Positions 54,677 through 62,196 of a stretch of DNA of 64,000 nucleotides are shown one piece after another. The translations under genes were made by a program, and so were the position numbers. The first letter of the stretch is position 1; every line of letters begins with the position of its first letter. Under the pieces are notes generated by a model that did not search any database, had not been told where the DNA came from, and saw only the letters and a program-made list of their open reading frames with translations. Source of the stretch: a virus (Duplodnaviria; Caudoviricetes). The stretch spans positions 3,818 to 67,817 of the IMG/VR virus record IMGVR_UViG_3300025389_001380, one strand, 5' to 3'.

Positions 54677-55171
54677 ATGACACCAGTAACTTACAAGTAC
54701 ACCAGCACTAAAGAATACCACGACGCATTTCCCTGCGCTTATCGCCAGTGGCGAGCAGATAGCCACTGCAACATGATACACGGTTACAGCTTCTCAATGA
54801 AGTTCTACTTCGGCACTGACAACCTGGATGTGCGCAACTGGGCAGCAGACTACGGCGGTCTCAAGGAGCTCAAGAAGATCCTAGAAGACCAGTTTGATCA
54901 CACGCTGTTGGTGGCTGAAGATGATCCTGAGATGGATACGTTCAAGCTGTTGCAATCAAAGAAACTGGCCAAGCTGACTATCCTGCCCAAGTTAGGCTGC
55001 GAAGGTCTGGCTGACATGCTGTACAAGTACGTGAACGGCGTGTACATCCCAGATCTCTGGGGACCAGGAGAAGCAGCACGCTTATGGTGCTATCGCGTGG
55101 AAGTGCGCGAGACACAGGCCAACATGGCTTTCCGCGAAGGTCACAGGGAGTGGAACGAGGAACTGATATGA
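54677..55171 (+). CDS. queD: 6-carboxy-5,6,7,8-tetrahydropterin synthase (QueD/PTPS)
   Basis: HCNMIHGYS (CxxxHG, third His replaced by Tyr), DYGGLK...FDHTLL and EGLA...VEVRET. Confidence 0.85.
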   Translation: MTPVTYKYTSTKEYHDAFPCAYRQWRADSHCNMIHGYSFSMKFYFGTDNLDVRNWAADYGGLKELKKILEDQFDHTLLVAEDDPEMDTFKLLQSKKLAKLTILPKLGCEGLADMLYKYVNGVYIPDLWGPGEAARLWCYRVEVRETQANMAFREGHREWNEELI

Positions 55172-55518
55172 CTCATGCTGAAACAGATTTTCAAAACATG
55201 ATCAATGTGTTCGATGCGGCACTGGGCAGTGACAATCCGCAGGTCAAGCAGGCACTGAACAGCCTAGTGATGATGGTGGCACTGACCAACGACCCAGAAG
55301 GCAAGAACACTGGACCGTTCCGTCACATGTGGCTAAGTTTTGAAGACAGCCGCAAAGAGGCACAGGAACTGAAACGCATGGTTGACAAGCTAGTGCGAGA
55401 AGTAGACATGCTCAAGACCTATCCTGCAGATGGTAGACACAGTTGGAAACCTTGGGGTAATGATATAAAAGGTACAAGCTTCAACCAAGTCTTTATAGAC
55501 GAGGCTAGCAAAAGGTGA
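55168..55518 (+). CDS. Hypothetical protein (116 aa)
   Basis: ATGA overlap with queD (track starts at 55084). Confidence 0.65.
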   Translation: MTHAETDFQNMINVFDAALGSDNPQVKQALNSLVMMVALTNDPEGKNTGPFRHMWLSFEDSRKEAQELKRMVDKLVREVDMLKTYPADGRHSWKPWGNDIKGTSFNQVFIDEASKR

Positions 55519-55522
55519 CAAA

Positions 55523-55822
55523 ATGAAATGGTTTGACAAGTGGTTCCAACGGCAAGCCAAGAAAGCCTGGGACAATTACGACGACAATCCAAGGCTGATC
55601 AAGACTGTGGCAGGCAGCGCAGCAGGCAATGGTCATGAGCTAAGCAGCCAAGGAGCAGCTACTCTACGCATTCACGCTGCGCATGGTGGCAAGGTCATAG
55701 AGATCAGCAACTGGGATGAGCGCCGCGGTGAACACCAACGCGATCTCTACATCGTGCGCGACGATGCTGAGCTTGGACCAGAGCTTACAAGCATCATCAT
55801 GCAGCACAGCCTGAGGTATTAA
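55523..55822 (+). CDS. Conserved phage hypothetical protein (99 aa)
   Basis: MKWFDKWF...IHAAHGGKVIE...DLYIV. Confidence 0.7.
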   Translation: MKWFDKWFQRQAKKAWDNYDDNPRLIKTVAGSAAGNGHELSSQGAATLRIHAAHGGKVIEISNWDERRGEHQRDLYIVRDDAELGPELTSIIMQHSLRY

Positions 55823-55823
55823 C

Positions 55824-56372
55824 ATGGCAGCGATAGGAACAGTTTCTCCACTCACAAACATCACCACAGGAAGCTACACTACCGCTACCATCGGCGGAGG
55901 TGGCGGTGGTGGGGTTGGCGCAATCACATTAACATCAACGGGTGCTGGTTATACCAGCACCACTACACCATACATAACGGTGTCAGGCGGGGGAACGGGC
56001 TACGCCAATCAAGTGCTCACTACCAACACAGGTGGTGCGACTAGTTGGACAGGTATCGGCGGTAAAGAAGTCATGCGCATCAGCGCAGATGGTGATATCT
56101 TCCAAGGTGGCAGTAGTAATGCCGATGACGGCGTGTTTGCACGCCTTGAACGCTTGGAACGCCTCATGGGTATCATGCGCCGAGACCGCAGCCTAGAAAG
56201 CGATTACGAACCCATGCGCCAGCTTGGCGATGCCTACGATGACGCAGTTGATGCTGCTATCTCAGCCATCATGGAAGTCACGTTGGGCAAGCTGAGGCAC
56301 ATGGAACAAGAATACGAGAACATGCGTGAGCAGGCCAAGGTCTGGCGTGCGCTGAGCAAGGATGACGACTGA
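55824..56372 (+). CDS. Hypothetical protein (182 aa), T/G-rich N-terminus and helical C-terminus
   Basis: Tightly packed ORF in the operon. Confidence 0.65.
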   Translation: MAAIGTVSPLTNITTGSYTTATIGGGGGGGVGAITLTSTGAGYTSTTTPYITVSGGGTGYANQVLTTNTGGATSWTGIGGKEVMRISADGDIFQGGSSNADDGVFARLERLERLMGIMRRDRSLESDYEPMRQLGDAYDDAVDAAISAIMEVTLGKLRHMEQEYENMREQAKVWRALSKDDD

Positions 56373-56605
56373 TGACGAAACCAGTGAGTGCCGATGGCAT
56401 GTCAGGTGTGTTGTTGCCCATAGGCGGATCTATGGTATTCAGAGTGTACCAACCAGACGGCACCTTCACTGACTATGACATCTATCACAGTGATCTCATG
56501 GTCACTATCAACGATGAAGACGCATATTTTTATACCAGCAAGACTGGCGAACCATATTTGGATCATTCGCCAGCTACACTAGGCATCGGAGTAAATGATG
56601 ACTGA
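56372..56605 (+). CDS. Hypothetical protein (77 aa)
   Basis: TGATG coupling. Confidence 0.65.
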   Translation: MTKPVSADGMSGVLLPIGGSMVFRVYQPDGTFTDYDIYHSDLMVTINDEDAYFYTSKTGEPYLDHSPATLGIGVNDD

Positions 56606-56792
56606 TACCAAGCGCACCATGGTAGTTGATATACAAGAGGACGAGAATGGCGAGCTTTTCCTGCAGTTCCCCGATGATCTCATGGAAGAGCTTGGTTGGC
56701 AAGAAGGCGACACCATCAACTGGGACGTGGACGACAGCACTGGGCACATCACAGTGCGCAAGGTTGAACCACAAGGTCCTGTTAGTCCCTGA
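56595..56792 (+). CDS. AbrB/MazE/SpoVT-type DNA-binding protein
   Basis: GELFLQFPDDLMEELGWQEGDTINW...ITVRKV swapped-hairpin pattern. Confidence 0.75.
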   Translation: MMTDTKRTMVVDIQEDENGELFLQFPDDLMEELGWQEGDTINWDVDDSTGHITVRKVEPQGPVSP

Positions 56793-57010
56793 TGCCATTG
56801 ATATACGAAAGCCCAGACAAAGGCGTCACAGTCTATGGCAGAGAGCTAGGACACATGGATCGCCATCTGGTAAAGGGCAACCCAACAGATCCCTACGAGC
56901 ATCTCTATCTGTGGCATGACATCGTCGCTGCCAGTGAAACCAATCCAGCCTTGCGCGAAGTGCTGGATCAAGCTATAATGATCTATAAGCTGAGCAAGGA
57001 GCAACCATGA
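56792..57010 (+). CDS. Conserved phage hypothetical protein (72 aa)
   Basis: IYESPDKGVTVY-R motif; coupled to its neighbours. Confidence 0.7.
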   Translation: MPLIYESPDKGVTVYGRELGHMDRHLVKGNPTDPYEHLYLWHDIVAASETNPALREVLDQAIMIYKLSKEQP

Positions 57011-57918
57011 GCACTGCCAAGAAGTACCGTTACAGCGAGATATTTGGTGGCAACGCAGGCCCCACTCCAACCATACAGGGCGAAGGTCGCTATGGCGGAC
57101 ATCCAACAGTATGGATCCGTTTCTGGGGTTGCAATCTCAACTGCAATGGCTTCGGACAAGCCAATCCCAGAGATCCCAGCACCTACAAGCTGGACTACTT
57201 GGACTATGATCCCAAGGCCAACAACATCAGCAAGATGGATGACTTACCTGTGTGGACAACTGGCTGTGACAGCAGCTACAGCTGGAGCACTCGCTATGGG
57301 CATCTAGCGCATCAGAGCACAGCAGAAGAGATCTGCGCTGATTTCCGCAGCAGGTTGCAGGGCAGCAGCTTCATACATCCTCGCAGCGGACAAGACGTGC
57401 ATTTGGCATTCACTGGCGGTGAACCCATGATGAGCCAGACTGGCATCGTGGACATCATGCAGACTCTGCGCATGCAGAACGACAGTCCTCGACACATCAC
57501 CATCGAGACCAACGGCACCCAAGCACCTCGCAAGGCATTCACAGATTTCTTCACCAACAAAGGCATGTACAACGGCGAACTGTTCTGGAGTTGCAGCCCC
57601 AAGCTGGGTACCAGTGGTGAAAAGTGGGACGATGCTATCATGCCAGCCATCGTGCGAGAATATCGCTTGATCAGCAACGTTGGTCAGCTCAAGTTCGTGC
57701 TTGACAAGAATCCCTTGACCTGGGACGAGCTTGAACGTGCAGTTGATGCGTTCCGCGCTGTAGATGTGAACTGGCCAGTGTGGATCATGCCAGTTGGTGC
57801 CACCAGAGAAGAACAAGAAGACGTGCAGATGTGGGTCACAGAAGAAGCGCTCAAGCGCGGCTACAATGTAGCAGCTCGCATACACTGCTGGATCTTCAGC
57901 AACGTGATAGGACGATAA
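57007..57918 (+). CDS. queE: 7-carboxy-7-deazaguanine synthase (radical SAM)
   Basis: YSEIF...IQGEG...RFWGCNLNC...GCDS (long insert before the third Cys), TGGEP, ETNGT, SPKL and RIH. Confidence 0.9.
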   Translation: MSTAKKYRYSEIFGGNAGPTPTIQGEGRYGGHPTVWIRFWGCNLNCNGFGQANPRDPSTYKLDYLDYDPKANNISKMDDLPVWTTGCDSSYSWSTRYGHLAHQSTAEEICADFRSRLQGSSFIHPRSGQDVHLAFTGGEPMMSQTGIVDIMQTLRMQNDSPRHITIETNGTQAPRKAFTDFFTNKGMYNGELFWSCSPKLGTSGEKWDDAIMPAIVREYRLISNVGQLKFVLDKNPLTWDELERAVDAFRAVDVNWPVWIMPVGATREEQEDVQMWVTEEALKRGYNVAARIHCWIFSNVIGR

Positions 57919-57919
57919 C

Positions 57920-58513
57920 ATGAGCAAGATTCCATTCTCTTGGTTGCCAGCTAGCTGGGGGCTCAAGGGCAAGAGCCGAGAGCTAGCAGAAGCAGAATAT
58001 TACCTAACCGGCTATGACTTAGACGTGGCCAAGGCACGTATCGAGCATGGGCTAGCAAGCCCAGAGTTCACCAAGAGCGTGCTAGATATCGATCTAGCCT
58101 ATGGCAAGATCAGCGCATATGATCACGATACCAGATTGGCAGAGATAGGCAACACCGACGAGACTGCGTTGGCACTGGCCAAGCTGGATGTAGACCTCAA
58201 GCACAATAAGATCAGCGCACAAGAACATGAACGCAAGGTCGCTGACCTCAAGAATGAACCATACATGGCCATGCCCAAAATCAGCTGGGACCCAGTTGAT
58301 CCCAGCAAGACTTTCTTTGAGCTGGATTACAATGATGCGTTCGTGCAATCGCTGCGATCCAACAGCTACCAGGGCACAGATGAGGACGTGATCAATCGCT
58401 GGCTCAACGATGTGTGCAACAGCATCCTGTCAGAGATGGCTCCAACCGATCCAGAATTCGTTAGCAACGTGCGGCGGATTCGCAGAGATGATGGCAAGAC
58501 TGAGCACAGCTAA
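57920..58513 (+). CDS. Conserved phage hypothetical protein (197 aa)
   Basis: PFSWLPASWGLKG...FFELDYN. Confidence 0.7.
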   Translation: MSKIPFSWLPASWGLKGKSRELAEAEYYLTGYDLDVAKARIEHGLASPEFTKSVLDIDLAYGKISAYDHDTRLAEIGNTDETALALAKLDVDLKHNKISAQEHERKVADLKNEPYMAMPKISWDPVDPSKTFFELDYNDAFVQSLRSNSYQGTDEDVINRWLNDVCNSILSEMAPTDPEFVSNVRRIRRDDGKTEHS

Positions 58514-58517
58514 CACC

Positions 58518-58524
58518 ATAAATA
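58518..58524 (+). promoter_or_regulatory. Late-type promoter ATAAATA, 4 nt before GTG
   Basis: No SD present. Confidence 0.55.
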
Positions 58525-58528
58525 CTGT

Positions 58529-59110
58529 GTGAACCAGACACTTACCACACTTTTTGACAGCCCGGAATGGCCTTTGATATACAGGCAACAGGCCAGCCGT
58601 GGCATGCTTGACGAGCTCAAGAGCTTGCCCTATCCTGCCATTGGTATCGAGATAGGAGTAGGACTTGGCATGAACAGCTGGTACATGCTGACTGAATGTC
58701 CTAACATCGCCACCATCACCGGCGTGGATCACTATGCACCATACCACGACTGGGATAAACCGGTCACTCGCATAGAAGCAGAGGCCAACTACGCCATACT
58801 GCAGGCCAACATGCCACTCATGGGTGATAGGTTTAACTTCATACGCGAAGACAGCCAGAAAGCCGCAGCAATGCTGGAAGACGAAGCTTACGATTTCGTG
58901 TTCATAGATGGTGGTCACAGCATGAAACAGGTATTGGCAGATCTAGACAGTTGGGTTCCAAAAGTGCGTCCAGGTGGCTTGGTTGCTGGACATGATGCCA
59001 ACCTATTCTCTGTTAACTTCGCAGTAACCAGCTGGGCCAAGGCACACGACATCCCAGCCAAGCAGGTGCGCATGGTTGCCAACGACGGTTGGTACTGGCG
59101 CAAATCTTAA
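58529..59110 (+). CDS. Class I SAM-dependent methyltransferase (Methyltransf_24-like)
   Basis: GIEIGVGLG...GVD...DFVFIDGGH...DL..W.PKVRPGGLVAGHD. Confidence 0.82.
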   Translation: MNQTLTTLFDSPEWPLIYRQQASRGMLDELKSLPYPAIGIEIGVGLGMNSWYMLTECPNIATITGVDHYAPYHDWDKPVTRIEAEANYAILQANMPLMGDRFNFIREDSQKAAAMLEDEAYDFVFIDGGHSMKQVLADLDSWVPKVRPGGLVAGHDANLFSVNFAVTSWAKAHDIPAKQVRMVANDGWYWRKS

Positions 59111-59113
59111 CAG

Positions 59114-59141
59114 TTGACACAGGCAGCAGCTATGCTATACT
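59114..59141 (+). promoter_or_regulatory. Sigma70-type promoter TTGACA-N16-TATACT
   Basis: Member of the promoter family; GGAGG SD follows. Confidence 0.7.
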
Positions 59142-59157
59142 CAAAATGGAGGCGAGC

Positions 59158-60147
59158 ATGGCAACTTATCTAATAATTGATACTCAGAACCTATTCATGA
59201 GAGTGCGCCATGGCATCAAGGCGCCCAGCACAGAGCTGCAGCTTGGCATGGCTCTGCACATTATATTCAACAGCATCAAGAAGGTATGGACTGATTTTGG
59301 CGGTAGCCATACGGTGTTTTGTTTGGAAGGTCGCAGCTGGCGCAAGGATGTGTATGCACCATACAAGGCCAACCGCAAGGTAGCAGCCGCGCAGCGCACT
59401 CAGCGAGAAGTTGAAGAAGATCAAGTTTTCTTTGAGAGCATGGATGGGTTCATCGAATTCATCAAGACCAAGACCAACTGCACGGTGCTGCGCCATCCAA
59501 ACGGCGAAGCTGATGACATGATCGCCCGTTGGATACAGCTGCATCCAGATGACAAGCATGTGATCATCTCTAGTGACAGTGATTTCCAACAGCTGATAGC
59601 AGAAAACGTCATACTCTACAATGGCATAGCCAGCTTGCTCTATACTCACACAGGCATATATGATCAGGATGGTAAGATAGCAGTCAACAAGCAGGGAAAG
59701 CCCATGAGCGTGCCAAATCCCGAATGGCTGCTGTTTGAAAAGTGCATGCGTGGCGACGACAGTGACAACATCATGAGCGCCTTCCCTGGCGTGCGCAAGA
59801 CCAAGCTGGAAGCAGCCTTTGAAGACCGGCATAATCGCGGATATACGTGGAATAATCTCATGCTTAGCAAGTGGTTAGATCACGAGAACGTAGAACATAG
59901 AGTGCGGGACGATTACGAGCGAAATCGCATGCTGATCGACCTCACGCAGCAGCCTCCGGACCTCATAGACAAGTTTGATCGTACCATCATTGACGAGGTC
60001 AACCAACCACCCAAGAAGCAAGTGGGCCTAGCGCTCATGCGTTTCTGCAACATCAATGGTTTGGTACGCATTGAAAAGAACGTGAATGACTTCAGCCCTA
60101 CTCTGAGCGCATTATATGAGGGACAGCTCAAGATGGAGACGGCATGA
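59158..60147 (+). CDS. rnh: T4 RNase H-like 5'-3' exonuclease (PIN/FEN fold, 329 aa)
   Basis: LIIDTQN...SWRKDVYAPYKANR...EADD.IA...ISSDSDFQQL...GDDSDNI; start moved to ATG 59158 after GGAGG. Confidence 0.88.
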   Translation: MATYLIIDTQNLFMRVRHGIKAPSTELQLGMALHIIFNSIKKVWTDFGGSHTVFCLEGRSWRKDVYAPYKANRKVAAAQRTQREVEEDQVFFESMDGFIEFIKTKTNCTVLRHPNGEADDMIARWIQLHPDDKHVIISSDSDFQQLIAENVILYNGIASLLYTHTGIYDQDGKIAVNKQGKPMSVPNPEWLLFEKCMRGDDSDNIMSAFPGVRKTKLEAAFEDRHNRGYTWNNLMLSKWLDHENVEHRVRDDYERNRMLIDLTQQPPDLIDKFDRTIIDEVNQPPKKQVGLALMRFCNINGLVRIEKNVNDFSPTLSALYEGQLKMETA

Positions 60148-60623
60148 GCAGCTTCAAGCTAAAAGAGATCACGGAAACCAGCTATCTTTTGGAAAAAGAC
60201 GGCAGCAACACTGGTTTGGTAACCGTAACCGTGGATGGTTTCAAGGTCATTGGTCCCTTTGATCGCAAGCTGTTTGCAAATGCCGACGAGCTTACCAAAT
60301 ATCTAGGTGGCATGCTGACCATAGAGCCTCGCGAATCAGACGACGACAAGGAAGATGAGATAGGCCAGATCAACGGCTATCCGATCAAGCACAAGGCAGT
60401 GTTTGACGTTGAAGAAGGTGACATAGTTACCTATGCCAAGACAGCCAAGGGCAAGGCACGCTTTGCTGCAGGCTACTATGCTCTGGACTTTGAACACGGT
60501 TGGACTGGCAGCTACTGCCCACGCACGCAAACATTGGAAGAGAATGCGTTCATAGGACCGTTCAGGACCAAGCTGGAGATGCAGAATGCCATGGCACAGA
60601 AAAAGAGGATGTCAAAAGCATGA
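60144..60623 (+). CDS. Conserved phage hypothetical protein (159 aa)
   Basis: GYP...FAAGYY...YCP...GPF motif; ATGA-coupled. Confidence 0.72.
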   Translation: MSSFKLKEITETSYLLEKDGSNTGLVTVTVDGFKVIGPFDRKLFANADELTKYLGGMLTIEPRESDDDKEDEIGQINGYPIKHKAVFDVEEGDIVTYAKTAKGKARFAAGYYALDFEHGWTGSYCPRTQTLEENAFIGPFRTKLEMQNAMAQKKRMSKA

Positions 60624-60841
60624 GCGACGAGATCAATCAGGTACGCAGCTTCTTGGAAAAGCATCGCATAGCTAAGATTTCCAACAGCAAGGAAATACGC
60701 CTCAACATGCACGAAGCAGACATGTTGGCATCCAGCATCTCTGTGCTGCTGGCAAGGCAATCAGAACTGGCAGACAAGGTGATAGATCTGCAATCTCAGA
60801 TCATGAGCGCAGAGATCAAGCAGGACGGCGGCAGCTTCTGA
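60620..60841 (+). CDS. Hypothetical protein (73 aa)
   Basis: ATGA overlap (track starts at 60500). Confidence 0.65.
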   Translation: MSDEINQVRSFLEKHRIAKISNSKEIRLNMHEADMLASSISVLLARQSELADKVIDLQSQIMSAEIKQDGGSF

Positions 60842-60847
60842 TCACTC

Positions 60848-60854
60848 TTAAATA
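60848..60854 (+). promoter_or_regulatory. Late-type promoter TTAAATA, 4 nt before GTG
   Basis: Intergenic. Confidence 0.5.
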
Positions 60855-60858
60855 ATGA

Positions 60859-61275
60859 GTGAACAAGACAGATTGGCCTCATCAAGATCTCTGGGATCAC
60901 GGACCCTATGGTCCTCTCAAATGGATCCAAGAGCATGGCATGGCCAGTGCTATTGTAACCAATCTACTAGACGAACAAGGTCCAGTAACTGAACAGGATC
61001 TGCTGGCAACTCGCAAAAGCCTGTTCGTGAACCAAGGTTGGCGATTGACACCAACTGGTACCAAGCTGTTCATGGACTGCTACAATCACTATAAAGCGCT
61101 GAGTGACGAGAACGAGATCATAACAGGTCGGGTACTGATAGGCATGGATAGGGCTGTGAGAGGTCCTTGGGCCTATCGAGGCAAGACCATCATCACTTTT
61201 GATGCAGCAGTTCACTTTGAGCTGCAGATGGTTGGTGGTAGTGCCAGAGCATTCGTGGAATTCAAAAACGCTTGA
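60859..61275 (+). CDS. Conserved phage hypothetical protein (138 aa)
   Basis: GWRLT..G motif; fills the gap between promoters. Confidence 0.7.
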   Translation: MNKTDWPHQDLWDHGPYGPLKWIQEHGMASAIVTNLLDEQGPVTEQDLLATRKSLFVNQGWRLTPTGTKLFMDCYNHYKALSDENEIITGRVLIGMDRAVRGPWAYRGKTIITFDAAVHFELQMVGGSARAFVEFKNA

Positions 61276-61299
61276 CAGCCTAGCGAGATATGCTAACAT
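61272..61299 (+). promoter_or_regulatory. Sigma70-type promoter TTGACA-N16-TAACAT
   Basis: Member of the promoter family; ATG 61306 lies 6 nt after the -10 box. Confidence 0.65.
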
Positions 61300-61305
61300 G
61301 TGTGT

Positions 61306-61497
61306 ATGAAATGGAAACATTCACAAAGCCCTGCACTGCCTAGCGATGACCCCTGCTACGAGGTCAATACAGAGCTGTGGTCAGCGTTCCGCGACAGCTT
61401 CCGAGACAGGTTTGGGTTTGGACCAGCAGAGAAACCGATCTACACAGAAGCGTTCTGCGCACAATGGATGGATCACGAGGTTCCAGTTGAGCAGTGA
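61306..61497 (+). CDS. Hypothetical protein (63 aa)
   Basis: Directly follows the promoter. Confidence 0.55.
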   Translation: MKWKHSQSPALPSDDPCYEVNTELWSAFRDSFRDRFGFGPAEKPIYTEAFCAQWMDHEVPVEQ

Positions 61498-61819
61498 TCG
61501 AGACTGGGGCTGGGCAGCCTATCTCTACAGGACCGTGATAGATGTACCAGATTTATCAGATCACGGCAACGTGCTCAGACGTTTCATAGCTAAGCACGAC
61601 TACAGCATGGTCACGGCAGATGACACTGCTGTAGGCTGCGCTGCTCGCAAGCATTGGGCCATGAAATTGGACGAGATCCTAGCTGACACAGCTGACAAAT
61701 ATACCAGCGAGGGCTGGGCTATGGCCACAGGAAAACGCCCATTTATGCCTGCTTTTGGGGTTAGTTTGGTGCTTAGTTACTTGAAAACAATGGAAAAAAT
61801 AACGGTTGACAGCCTATAG
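61487..61819 (+). CDS. Hypothetical protein (110 aa)
   Basis: TTG start after GAGG (track starts at 61346). Confidence 0.55.
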   Translation: MSSDRDWGWAAYLYRTVIDVPDLSDHGNVLRRFIAKHDYSMVTADDTAVGCAARKHWAMKLDEILADTADKYTSEGWAMATGKRPFMPAFGVSLVLSYLKTMEKITVDSL

Positions 61820-61833
61820 ATCCATGCTATTGT
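61806..61833 (+). promoter_or_regulatory. Sigma70-type promoter TTGACA-N16-TATTGT
   Basis: Member of the promoter family. Confidence 0.7.
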
Positions 61834-61851
61834 GTGTGAACAACAGGGAGT

Positions 61852-62133
61852 ATGCCTATGCTGTACACCATGGAAATCTACAAAACGGACAGACGCCTCA
61901 AAGCTGGCGAGCGCCTCTGCGGCAAGTACGAATATGATCGCCCAGATCTCGATGCCATGCAGCGCGAGGTCCGTGAGCTGGGATCGTTGTATCCTGCTGC
62001 GCAGGGTTATCGTTTTCAGATCCGCGAGACCTTGGTTACTCGCAAGAATCTGCTCACCGGACAGGAGTTCCAAGAGCGATACGACCGCCCATATCACTGC
62101 AGTCCGGCTAGCGAAAGCTACTGGAGCGCCTGA
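61852..62133 (+). CDS. Hypothetical protein (93 aa)
   Basis: GGGAG SD; YTMEIYKTDRRLKAGERL. Confidence 0.7.
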   Translation: MPMLYTMEIYKTDRRLKAGERLCGKYEYDRPDLDAMQREVRELGSLYPAAQGYRFQIRETLVTRKNLLTGQEFQERYDRPYHCSPASESYWSA

Positions 62134-62142
62134 TTTTTCCTA

Positions 62143-62170
62143 TTGACACACCCTATAAACGTGCTATTGT
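62143..62170 (+). promoter_or_regulatory. Sigma70-type promoter TTGACA-N16-TATTGT
   Basis: Member of the promoter family; GAGGAG SD follows. Confidence 0.7.
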
Positions 62171-62196
62171 AGCACATCAAACAGAGGAGTAAGCCA

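Noticed and set aside
53911-57918. tRNA queuosine biosynthesis AMG set
   Set aside because: queC, queF and queA are absent, no tRNA is visible, and the transglycosylase looks like a divergent DpdA type, so DNA modification fits better. Not formally excluded.
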